Shown here one piece after another: positions 51,656 to 64,000 of a stretch of DNA of 64,000 nt (position 1 is the first letter of the stretch; every line of letters begins with the position of its first letter). The DNA lies in contig JAQFVV010000002.1 in assembly GCA_028023455.1 (NCBI GenBank), positions 868,001 through 932,000 of the forward strand, given 5' to 3'. The notes beneath the pieces were generated by a model. The model had not been told where the DNA came from. It did not search any database and saw nothing but the letters and a program-made list of their open reading frames with translations. The translations under genes and the position numbers were made by a program. This DNA comes from Epiperipatus broadwayi (taxonomy: Eukaryota; Animalia; Onychophora).

Positions 51656-53264
51656 AAATATTACAATATTTGTAAGAAAAATAAAAATATTTAACCATAG
51701 ATTGTCAAAAAGTGGAGAAATAAAATTAGGTTTCAATTGTAATGGCTTTTAAATGGGATAAAATTTGATTTTATTTATTATAAGCATTACTTACAAAAAA
51801 TATAATATATATATAAAAAAAGTAAAAAAACATAAGTACAGATTGCAAATATGGATCTTCTGACTGTGATCATTTTGTTTTTTCTTTAATAAAATTATAT
51901 TTTTTTATTACAATGAAGTAAATTTGATATTAATTATAGGCATTATTTAAAATAAATATATTATTTATATAAAAAAATATACCTATAGATTTCAAAAAAT
52001 GGAGAGATAAAATTACTTCATTTAGAACACACCTGATACAGCCTCAATGTAGAATCATTTGATTGCTTTCTTTTAATAAAATAACAGTCAGTTATTATAA
52101 TAAATAAATTTGATTTAGCATTACTTAAACAATAGTAGAAAAAATAACCATCAATTACTTATATTTAGACTATTAAACTATAAAGTGATTTAAGACTAAC
52201 ATTAAATGATCAAAATTCAAACTAATTTGATTTTTGCAAATTACAGATGATCCCTAGAAAACTATTAACACAGACACCCATTAAAAATATAATATTCTAT
52301 AAAATTAAGTATGTAAATATTTGTAGCAGTGTCACATACTGATAATACATTTTTATATTTTGTGTAATTATTCAGAAAAAATAATTTGGTTTAAGAGTTA
52401 AAGAAAATTAAAAATTAATGATTGAAATTCGTTTAAGTATATGTATGTATTGTATATAAGAATTATTTATTATTTATATGATTAAAATCAATTAATGTTG
52501 TCATATGGATTTAATGAATTAATTATTAAGATTTGAAATATTCACATTATAATATATATATATGTAAATGCAATCACTATTTAAATATTTTTTTATTAGA
52601 GGAATATGGGATAATAAATGACTGGATTATTTTACACTACCTATTAAATGATGTACACATACCATCTTCATAATCACTTACCATATATGTATTTCTGTAA
52701 ACTAGATTTATATAATGTTACATGTAAAATTTTGTTTGTCAATTTAAATGGAATTGTAATGTATAATATTTTTAAGACCTTTTATTTTATTAGTTTTATT
52801 TTTACCTTCTAATTAATTAGTAAATTTATTAATCATTATTTTCAGTTATTCCAGTGAAGTTATTTAATAATAAAATTAATTAATTACTGTTTGTATTTAT
52901 CTTATTCACAGTCTTTGTGATTTCAAAGCTAGTTCTATAATAATAGCATATGAAATATGTAATGTGTGTGTCATCATCTGTATAATATTTTTAGAATTAT
53001 TTAAATAGTACTAAGGTAATGAATGTCAACATTCATTCACTTTACTAATAATTTTTATTATGATTATTTGTTCATTTATGGCCAGTACATTCATGATACT
53101 AGATGGCAATGAGCATTGATGATGATCAGTATTAATAATAATTCTGATGTTTTTTGATATGTGATTAATTTTATAATGTGTATGCCAGTGCAGCAGGAAA
53201 TATTGTAATTGTTTTTGTAATAATACTTGTCATTGTGATTGCAGTGACATCATTAAAAAATTAA

Positions 53265-53510
53265 GACTAAATTGGAACCGGACTGAACATATTGCTAGTA
53301 GAGATAATAATAGATAGACATTTGAAATTGGATTCCTAGATATTTAAAAGACCTAAAAAAGATTGATATTAAAATGGATTGATGAAATAAGGAAGTTTGC
53401 TGGTGTGATATGGAGAAGGGAAACTTGAGATTGGACAAATTGTATTAAACTTGGAGAGACTTTCATCCTATAATAGGTTGTTAATGATTAAAAATGATGA
53501 TGATGATGAA
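53265..53510 (+). mobile_element. RTE-clade LINE 3' end
   Basis: KWNRTEHIASRD...KWIDEIRKFAGVIWRR...LGETFIL followed by a (GAT)n tail. Confidence 0.85.
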
Positions 53511-54643
53511 TTTCAAAGAATATCAAAATTCTAAAATATTAAAAATAATCTATTTAAAAAATATTTTATAATAAATACATTTATTTACTGTATACTAAAA
53601 AGCCAAAAAAAATAATTTTCTTCGCCCATAATTAGGACTTTATATTTAACATTAAATAAAATATGGGGAGTTCAGAAATTAATTAAGTCAATCACTAATT
53701 TTTATATCAAGGGAAATTTCTGGGTACCCACACTTTTATTTCATGTTAAATATAAAAACAACAATTGTGGTTGAAAAAAACTATCAATTTTTGGCTTTTA
53801 TAATGCACAGTCAATAAAAGCATCTATTACAAAAATACATTTTATATATTATTTAATTATTATAAAACCAATTCTTTATATATAAATAATTGTTTCAAAC
53901 TGAGGTATATAGTATAGTTTGCTATATATTTATTTACAAAATAAAGTTTAATATAATTAAATATAAAATGTCACATGATATTTATTTGGCCTGAAACAGT
54001 TTCCAATAGTATAAAATTACTGTTTACTCTCAATGCACTTCTAAGTATTAACTCTAAAACAGAACTAAAAAAAACAGTTAGTTTAATTAAAGTATTTAAA
54101 CATATATATTTAATTTTTTCTTTATATATCTTTTTCAAAATTAAACTTTATTTTGCAAAAAAATTTAAAACTTTATAATAATTTATTTAAGAGAGCAAAA
54201 CAATTGTTAGGTTACTTATATTAAAAGACTATTATTTTTATCTTTGTAAATTATCCATATTTAATGAATATTATATGTATGTATGTCAGTGTGTGATATG
54301 GGTATTAAGTTCTTCATCCAAAGACAAGCTAAGTTACTTAAAATTGAAATATTTCTAATAAGCAATAAGATATGTTTGTAATTAGTAGTAATTCTTTTTT
54401 TGTTTTAGCATTTCAATTTTCAAATTAAATTATAAGTTCAAATGAGTTCCTTATACCCTTAGGTATAGATAGACGTTTTTATATTATGTCATTGAACACA
54501 TGATGCCATTATATTAACAATATACAATGTAAAATTGATATGTTATTTATTTATTTAATTTAAATGTAATACTTTTAAATAATTTTTTTTAGCATAAATA
54601 AAATACTGATCTAAACATTAATAGTATTTAGGTACATAAAAAC

Positions 54644-54972
<329 letters not shown>

Positions 54973-57136
54973 TTTCTGTTTTTCCTGTGCTTTTTCTCTC
55001 ATTTTTAATCAATTTTTTTCTTATTTCACTATCCATGATCAGAATATCTCATATTATCTGTCAAGTATCTACACTAATTGTGATTTTAAAATGTTTTTGT
55101 GTAACCACATTTCCATTTTTTGATAATAAATATAGCAGTTGTTATGTTAGCATTTTTTATTTTGTTTCATATAAAAATTTATGCAGTGTGTACAAAGACT
55201 CTCTGCCATAATAAAGACAGATTTAATCTAAATCCTTCATGAGGAAAAATAATTGAAAATAAATTATTGGTGAATTTAATTTGTGAAGATGAATTTCAAT
55301 CACTAAATGCCTGTAAATCTGGACAGCCATGTTTAGAGATACTTTAAATATATATGTAAAAATTTCTAGAAAAGATTAAATGAAAAAGACTTGTCTTTCA
55401 AAATTTTACTAAAGCTCCATATTTGAGTAATATGTTAATAAATACTGATCATACTAGAGGCAATTATGTGAATATTTTTCTGGATATCTATGTGTCAAGA
55501 TTATTTTAATGGGAAGTCTTTAAGATTTCACTGGAAAAAAGCATTTTATATAACGAAGAAACTGACAGTGTTTAAAATTGATATGACTATTTTTAGTAAA
55601 ACTCATCTTCCTGAGAAAGGCATTTTAATTGAATAGATAAATGATTGCACTCATTTGGCAGAGAAAATCATCAAATAAATCAACTAGCATGATATTTATT
55701 TTACTGCAAAGTTTAAGTCTTTTTACTCTTGGAATTACTAGTTATATTATTGAAAAGCTTATTAAAGTTTTTATTATTTGTTAGCTAATATTATTATATC
55801 AATATCATTTAAAACAAATACATTTTTATTACTTTAGTTTATATGCTAGAAAATTTAGATAAATAAAGCTCAATGTTTTTGAAAATATAAGCTCTGCAAA
55901 TTCTAATAATTTATAATTCTTGAAACTTCCCAGGCACCAAGAGTAACAGTCATAAGTGTATTGATTGGATAAAATTGCTATACAATGAACTTAGATATAT
56001 TTACATTCAAAACAATAAACATGTTGTGTAGTATATTATATATAAGAATATAATGACAATGTTAATATGTGACAATCTGCACATGGACACAACTGTTGAA
56101 CATATCATAAATTAATAATATTTAAACAATTTCATTAAAGTACGTATTTTAAACATATTTATAGGAAATTGTATGTTGTTGCTTAGAAATAACTGATCAG
56201 TTAAATTGCAACAACTGATGTACCTTAAAATTACATTAATGAAGTACAAGATAGGCATGACTGCAGATTAGTATAACAACTGATTCCAGTTATTATGTTT
56301 AAAAAAATTATTAAATTATTATTCATTTAGTAGGCAAGATTATTACATTTATCATTAGAATAAATTTCATTATATAAGATTTAAATAACAGAGTTTATTA
56401 CTGGGAAAATTATAAGTTTACATACGTTCAATTAATATAGCTAGTTTTAGAAACTTATATATGAGTTACTTTAAGAGCTCTGCAGGAAGAAATTTTATCA
56501 ATAATCTTCTGAGGCATTCTTCATGGCATTTAGCATTGGTGTTCTTCATTGGGCTGCTCGTCTGATGTCTTTATGGCAGGCTGTTGGTCTTGAACTTCTA
56601 CATTCCAATAGACCAGTCTTCTGAAGGAAGATGACAATATTTGAGCCTTCTAGATGCTTGTTTCTATTGTTAAAATGGGTATAGCCCCTGGCAGCAATAT
56701 GATTCAAAATTTCAATAGAGTGAATTTCTGGTGCTAAATGGGGGGGGGGGTATATTAACTTCTTGACTTCCCCTGCAAAAGCCATGAACTTGTTTTAGTT
56801 TATAAGTTTTTAATCTTAAATTTTGACACAGTTTTATTAACTTTAGAAAGACAAAAGTAAAACCTAAGTGATTCATACAATAGTGCAGCTTGACTGCCTT
56901 TCTTTTGTCTTAAAATTTATTTTAAACTTATTTTAGAAATCTGCTATTGGTTCCCACAAAATTAAACCAGGTGCATGTGGTAAACTGGCAATCTTTTAAA
57001 AGAGATTTAAGTTTTGTAAACATTTTGCTATATGTGTAATCTTGTCACCTCTAGAATTGAAATTTATATGTGAATTTAAATGACATAAGAGTAAATTTGT
57101 ATTCTTATTTTATAATAACTTAAAGATAAATAATTC

Positions 57137-58827
57137 GGTTGTTTTCTCATCCTTGGTGTTCGCCACAGGATGGCGTTGATGCTAATCAAAAACATATACA
57201 TATAACGATTCCAGGCTGGACCTAAATGATCGATTTGATCTAAAAAGATCTGATTTCTTAGATTTGTAATAAAATATTTTACTAACTAATACTATTATAT
57301 GATGTTAGTTTTTTTTCATTTTTGTAAATGTTTATTAATCTTATCTTGTTTTTGAGTGTGTGTGTCTTTAAAGTTAGGGTGTTTTTTTAATTTTTTTTTT
57401 TTTTGACTTTACGTTTGTCTTTTTAAAGTTATGATTTTTTTTTTTTTGCAAGAGTAAATCAATAATTTTATTCAAAAGCAAGACAAAATAAGTAAATGTT
57501 TATTAATCTTATCTTGTTTTTGAATTTGTGTGTGTGTCTTTAAAGTTACGGGGCTTTTTCTCATTTTTTTTTGGGACTTTATGTGTGTCTTTTTTTAAAG
57601 TTACGGTATTTTTGGTCAAGAGTAGTAAATCAATCATTTTATTAAAAAAGCAAGACGGAATTCTAAATCTATCAAAAGTAATGTAAATTATATATTACAA
57701 TTTAGAATTGATACCCGACTACTATTAGTAAGGACTGTCATTGAAAGACTCGATTGAAAAATGATACCTGACTAATTTCCGTTTTCTTTTTTTTTGGGGG
57801 GGGGGGAACAGTAATGAATCAGAAAATGGGTTGTTTTTGTTAAGTCTGTCTATATAAAAAGGGTACTGTTATTGAAATACTAAATTTAAAAATGATAGCT
57901 GACTAATTTGCATTTCTTTTGACAGTAATTAATCAGAAAGTGGGTTTCTTTTTTTTTTTTTTGATAAATCTTGCGTATATATAAAAACAAACAAACTGTA
58001 ATTCAAAGACTCCATTGAAAAAAATTAAACCCCATTAAATTTGATTTTTTTTAAAGACAGTAATTAATCAGGAACTGGGTTGTTTTTGTTAGTGTGTAGA
58101 TATAAAAACTAATCTTATTTTGAAATAATAAATGTAACAAAAAAAAAAAAATATCCGACTAATTTTATTTTTCGGACAAGTAATTCCTAATAATTAGACA
58201 GTGGGTTGTTTTTGTTTGTTCATATATATATATATAGCAAAAGTAACTGGTCATGGATGAATTCTTGTGAAAACGGTACTTTTCGCATGATCCTTTAATT
58301 TTTTTCCCCTTTCGCACCCTTAAAAGCAATTTTTGAGGGTTACCCCTTCATAATGGAATCTTCAGGACATTATTACTAAACTTACAACAGTAAAGTAAGT
58401 TACAACACATTAAAAAAAATAGACGTCTTATCAAATTTAAAAAAACTATGACTGCTTCAAATACACACACTCTCACACGAAACTACAGAGAAAATAGATA
58501 TTCTACTATTACAAGAAAATGATGAACAAAATCGACTACTATGGCAGCCAATCAAGGCATTTCTTTCTCTTTGCTTTTAGCATAGAAAAAAAGCCATAAC
58601 CTGCAGACGTCGGGAACTCTTTCTGTGTTTTATCATAGAAAGAAGTCTCTTTGTGTTTGCTTTTGTCACTGCCTTCTTCGTCCAACATAACATGAGGACT
58701 TTTCTGCATTTATAACATAGAAAAATTACTCTTTTGTTGGGTGAAGGCTGGTGAAACTGTATATTTCTAGGAATTTACCTAGAAATAGCGACATCTTAAG
58801 GCGAACACCAGGGATGAGAAAACAACC
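57137..58827. mobile_element. Non-autonomous DNA transposon, Merlin-like by its termini
   Basis: 28-bp TIRs GGTTGTTTTCTCATCC(C/T)TGGTGTTCGCC (27/28 identical). Perfect 8-bp TSD aataattc at 57129-57136 and 58828-58835. Internal sub-repeats at 57330-58210. Confidence 0.85.
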
Positions 58828-59099
58828 AATAATTCAAATAGCATTGCAATGCTTCTGAAGTTTATTACATTGCAGGTTTGTTTGGACATATATGTAGGCA
58901 CTCTCATACACATACAACAATGTTTACACAACTTACTTGAATTTATTATTTTAATTTATAGTTGACTATATGTATTATAACTATATGCATACAAACATTA
59001 ATATCTATGTACACAAATATATAAATATATGCACATATACGTAAATATACTTTATTATACATTAATATCTGTTAATATATGATAATATATGCAGACTTG

Positions 59100-60500
59100 G
59101 AGAGGTTTAAATTAAGGAAAGAATACTACTATGGGACATAGTAAGTGAAACAGGATGCCAGACAAATAATACTGTTTCAATATGTTATTATAAATAATTA
59201 AATGTAAAAAGAATGACAAAATTATTTCATATGTATTAAAAATGTATAATAAAATATTTAGATAGCTATGATTATTTTAAAATGTCATCTTTTTAGATGT
59301 TCTCAGTACTATAATATATGTAAATTATGGAATATTGCTTATAGAAAGAAATAGAATATGGTAAATTCACAATTTGTTCAATATTTATGTTTATGGAGTC
59401 AGTCAACATCAAGATATAATAAATGTATACAGAATGGCATTTTCTGGTGTGAAACTAGTAGAGATAATTTACCGGAGAAGAATATGAGTGGGCATAAACT
59501 GAATGTTTTATTGGAGCATTTAAAAGGGATTATTTCAGATATAATAAATACAGTTACCATAAAATGATGAAAGATTACAGATGGGTTTGTCTCTGAGTAG
59601 TATTTTAGGCAACATTATATTAGCCAACAAAAAAGTAAAAATGTTTGTATCATGTTTATTGAAATACTATAGAATCATTTACAAATGATTTATTGACGTA
59701 TTTGTAAGTTTACCATCTGATATTATTAAAGAAATGTTTGAAAAGTTAAATTATTCTTGAGGTCTAGAATGAATTATGGGAAAGAAATGGAAAAAAAACA
59801 CCAACAAATATTTGATTAAGAAATGAATAGAAGCTAGGAATGACTTGACTAGAAAATAATTATTAAACTGCTTGAAGTTAAAGGTCATAATAAATCCCAA
59901 ATTAATAGTTAATATCATTTATAAATTATTTGGGTTAAGATTCTTTCTTCTCAAAAATAATTTTGTAAATATGAAAATATTAAAAAATATAATATGTATA
60001 TATATCAAGAATTTTATAAAAATGCATTATAGAATACAAGTATTGTGTAAATGAATATGTTAATAATTTCAATTAATAATTCCTAAGTTGAATTCTGAAC
60101 AATATCATAAAATGATACAAATCTATGATAATAATTATAACATAGTTGCAAAATGGATTGCAGAACATTATTATGTGTTTAAATAATATCTATCTCTTTG
60201 TCTATTACAAGTAGCCATATTAATTTAAATTTAAGAATTATTCAACATTTTCAAATATATAAAATAATTAAAATGACTTAAGTTTAAATATAATTTTTGA
60301 AATCATGAAAAAAAAAGCAATGGGTCATGTATTTGAATTTTAATATTAGAGAAAAGAGATGATTGAAAAAGAAAGATGAAAGAGGTGTTGATACAAGTGA
60401 AAAAGCAGTACTAAATCTAAGCTTCAATGTAAGGGCTTCTGGGATTGAAGATTTTCATATAATTAACAGAGTATTTGAAGTAATACAAATAAGTTATTTT
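59100..60500 (+). pseudogene. Possible DNA-transposase relic (MULE-like)
   Basis: Broken coding-like segments (VNYGILLI..., ITDG, SC..C). The family assignment is weak. Confidence 0.25.
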
Positions 60501-60649
60501 CTGTTTTAATTTTGCAGCCTTGAACCTCAAAAGTGAATAAAAAAAAGTAATATGTAGAGTACTATTCTTGATATAAAAAAAATATTTTATTCTAATTCAA
60601 CTGCAGATCTTTATTTATTGTATACATTAAAATATTCCTTTTTATTATA

Positions 60650-60840
60650 TCATCATCATTAACCATTATTAGTACTTTGTAGGATGAAGGTCTCTCCAAA
60701 TTCAATCCATCTTCTCTGACATTTAGCTTCTCTTCTCCACATCACCCCTTCACACTTTCTTATTTCATCCATCCATCTCATATGTGGTCACTTTCTGGGT
60801 CTTTTACAATCTCTTGGAATCCAGTTTAAGATTTCAATTG
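60650..60840 (-). mobile_element. RTE-clade LINE 3' end
   Basis: Reverse-complement homologue of 53265-53510, including the (GAT)n tail. Confidence 0.85.
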
Positions 60841-61924
60841 TATATATAATATTAATTGCATTTATAATATTAATTCAAAATATTATTTATATAATATCAC
60901 AAATCTAGTGTTGAATGCATAAATGTTTTGATACACATTGAATATAGTTCACTTAACAATTTCTTCAGGATAATACGTGATCACTTTTCAAATCTATTGC
61001 TCTACACTGTCCCTTTTAGATTCATTAGATTTAACAATGACCTGTATAATATTAAACAATTCTTGTAATTTTTATTATCTGCAAGTAATTAGCATTATAG
61101 TTGGACAAATAAAAAATCATAAATTATTGCAAGCTGGAAGTGATAGAACCAAGACACATCCATGGACTTTTCTACTCCATCACTACATTCAATCATATAA
61201 GATATTAGTTATCGAAAACGGCAGACATATCCACATATTGAACAACTCAAAGGTGTGATCTGACTTATATTTATTGAAATGTGAGAAATTATATTTAACA
61301 CGAATTAATACACATATATGTAAACCGATATTTCACAGGGCCAATCGTTAATATGTATAAACACACGCACACACACAAAGATGCACTAAATATGACATAT
61401 GTATATATATATTCTAAAAATAGTAATAATAAATTTTAATAGATAAAAAAAATATTTTGCCTCTCTAGATAAGTCTAAATTTAAAATATATTTTAAATGT
61501 TATCATCTGTTTTTAATGTAAGCATCCGCTCTCACGTATAAATTAAATCATATCTACAGAAATTGAAGATTTTATTCTAAGAAAACGTATTAAACAATAT
61601 AAATTGACATTTTAAACGATATACTTTTAATGTGCAACTATTCTTTTAAACAACTCGCATAACTTGTAACAGGATTGATGGATGAATTATAGGCGTATAT
61701 GAAAATCAATTTAATTCTTTATCTTAAATTTGTCAACTATTATAAATAAGACACATTGTGATATGCAGTAATCTCACAGCAGAATGAAAATATAAATGAC
61801 ATTCCTTTTACAAATATACCGTGCGAAATGCATATAATTTGTAAATAAATAATATCGAGATTTTTTTTAAAAATTTATTTAATCAAATCTGTGATTAGTT
61901 TCGGGAGTATATATGTTAGTTGTT

Positions 61925-62025
61925 TTTTTTTTTCTCATATGTCATAGCATCGGCCGGGACGCGAACCCACACCCATCTGCAACCAACTACTTGCTTGCAA
62001 GGCAGGTGCGATGACCTCTCGGTTT
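61925..62025 (-). mobile_element. tRNA-derived SINE
   Basis: accgagaggtc (A-box-like), ctgc-cttgcaa-gcaag anticodon-like arm (TGC), gtgggttcgcgtccc (B-box-like), then gatgctatgacatatgag(A)n. Confidence 0.75.
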
Positions 62026-62758
62026 TATGTAATTTAGACTAATTTAGTTTGGTTAATGAATAATCATAGACTTGGCAATTTTTATTTTCGTTGATTCATA
62101 GCCGAGATTATATACATATAACTGAAATTCTTTATTGTTATTTTATTTATATTAAATTTTTTTTTAAGAAAATAGTCATTTTATGAGTGAATAAATTTCT
62201 ATTTTTCTTTCGACAATAGTTTCTAAGTATTTTTATTGTTTGTAAGTTTCGTCAGATGTTTAAAGTTATTACGTTTGGTCTGTCAGGCTCTTTGACGAGG
62301 TTAATAATGATTTTTCGACGCTCAGACGGGAAAATTCTGGTCAAAACCCCCTGACAGCGGCTTTCAGCTGTAAACCGAACTTTTAGTCAATATATTAGCT
62401 TTTACAAAGATTGTAAGTTGCGTGATAATGTTGCTATAAATACAATAAAACAGCAGTGTCATTAAGAATTAAATTACTTGATAACGACAAATATTTCGTT
62501 CACTATTGATGAGCCGTCCTTTTCAAGTTGTTTCAAATTACAGATAAATTATGAATAAAAATTTATTACGAGTAGGTAAATTTAAAGATATATATCAAAT
62601 AAAACCCTAAACATAATGATTAATCAAGTAAAGAATACTTTAGTTTTTCAGTATTGAAAGTTTTGTATTTTTTGAATATTATTCATCGTTATTTTTCGTC
62701 TATATAATTACCAATTTATTTATATATAAAGAAACATTAAATTATTACAATTTATCAA

Positions 62759-62856
62759 GCGTTGGTGGTAGAGAGGTCAGCGGCAGCTTTTAAGCAGTTG
62801 TCCCGGAATAGTGGGTTCGCTTTCCGGCTGATGCTATGACACATGAGGGGAAAAAA
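62759..62856 (+). mobile_element. tRNA-derived SINE (same family)
   Basis: Acceptor-like stem gcgttgg/ctgatgc, tggtagagagg A-box, gtgggttcgctttcc B-box, and the tail gatgctatgacacatgag. Confidence 0.75.
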
Positions 62857-63499
62857 TTACTACAATTTAATCTATAAGTATCAAACTTTTTGAAATCACG
62901 TTTTTAACATTATTTATTCATTTTAGATAAATACATTAATAATAATTATTACATTTTGTATTCGTTTTGAAATTGTATATTTTTTAGCCCAGATGTAAAC
63001 TTCAAATTCAGTTAAAAATTAATATATCTGCTTTTTTTTTTTTAAAAAAAAAAATTAAGCCGAAGGATACTGGTTCGGCATAAAATGTAACCTGAAATCA
63101 TTTATCTTTTTTTATTTGTTTTTTATTCATTTGAATGGGGAAGTATGGAGGTTGTTCAATATATCTATAAAGATATTACAAATGGGAAAGAGAAAAGTGA
63201 ATAACTCCCTGTATGTGTATGTTTAAAATTAAAAAAATCAGATATATTAATCTTTAACTGAGGTTTATATCTGTGCTAGAGATAATCTCTAGTTTAGAAA
63301 ATGATTAGTAATAATCATTATTGTATTTATCTGAGGTGAATGGTGTCAAAGTTGTGAGTGGAGTGAGTTTGACAATGGTAAATAAAAATGTAACAATGTT
63401 TCAAAAGTATGTGATACAAAGTTATTAATATATCTAAATAAGTAAGTATATATGTAAATACACTTAAGTATATCAGCGATTTTAGCTTAGATAAATTAA

Positions 63500-63720
63500 A
63501 ATATCCTAAACATATAGAAAGCAATTTCATCACATCACAATCATCAGTCTTTGCAAGAAGGCATCACCTAAGGCACATCAGTACTTCCAATCCATAGTTT
63601 CTCTTTCTCACATCAGTCTAGAAATGATTTTTAATTCATTCATCTCATAATATCTTTTTTTAAATCTCTTAGGATCTAGTTTTAGATTTCAAGGTGTCGA
63701 ACTATCATCATTATTTCCAC
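63500..63720 (-). mobile_element. RTE-like LINE 3' remnant
   Basis: Similar to the RTE 3' ends at 53265 and 60650, but more decayed. Confidence 0.5.
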
Positions 63721-64000
63721 TAATGATCTCGACTTTACTCATCATATACATTTTAATAATACTTATTTGTTTTGTCATTTACATTCCACTGCATTTGATT
63801 ACTTCTAATTAATCGGATTCCTTGTAATTAATCTTAACGTAAATGTTTACATATTTTACAACGTAGCCTGTAGACTCTGCATTAATTTTTTATTAAATGT
63901 TTAGACTGAGATATGCAAATAAAAACATTTTTTAAAAAATATTGAATTATGCTTGTGACAGTAAAAGTAATTTTAGCTTAATGCTATGATTAATTTATCT

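Noticed and set aside
56440-56800. 79-aa ORF in a GC-richer island
   Set aside because: No motif or splice structure could be recognised. It is probably a TE fragment and was left uncalled.
61925-62025. Functional tRNA-Ala gene
   Set aside because: The acceptor stem is broken, the B-box is non-standard, and it shares a tail and poly(A) with two other dispersed copies, so it is better explained as a SINE.
63505-63555. Minus-strand CTGATGA...GAAA spacing
   Set aside because: The intervening ttgtgatgtgat cannot form stem II. It is the decayed (GAT)n tail of an RTE.

Overview
A very AT-rich eukaryotic window, probably from an invertebrate, made up mostly of decayed transposable elements. No intact host gene can be supported. 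Recognisable relics: a Ty3/Gypsy element (gag-pol about 7.5-11.1 kb, with LTR copies at <1-1041 and 11305-16921); a Penelope-like element (RT + GIY-YIG) nested in the second LTR; a Helitron-type RepHel/PIF1 pseudogene (44.1-48.7 kb); RTE and L1/Tx1 LINE fragments; hAT-like and Merlin-like non-autonomous DNA elements; tRNA-derived SINEs; several foldback repeats. The most notable feature is a non-coding family with a 455-458 bp monomer carrying a minimal type I hammerhead ribozyme (retrozyme-like). It is inserted three times (2608-3575, 28789-29592, 36153-36780). Each insertion is two divergent arms flanked by a 13-bp target-site duplication, and the outer ends fall at two conserved monomer positions about 50 nt apart. 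Hammerhead-like cores also occur in the Penelope pLTRs and in two further repeats. All alignments were done by eye. Approximate coordinates may be off by tens of bases.
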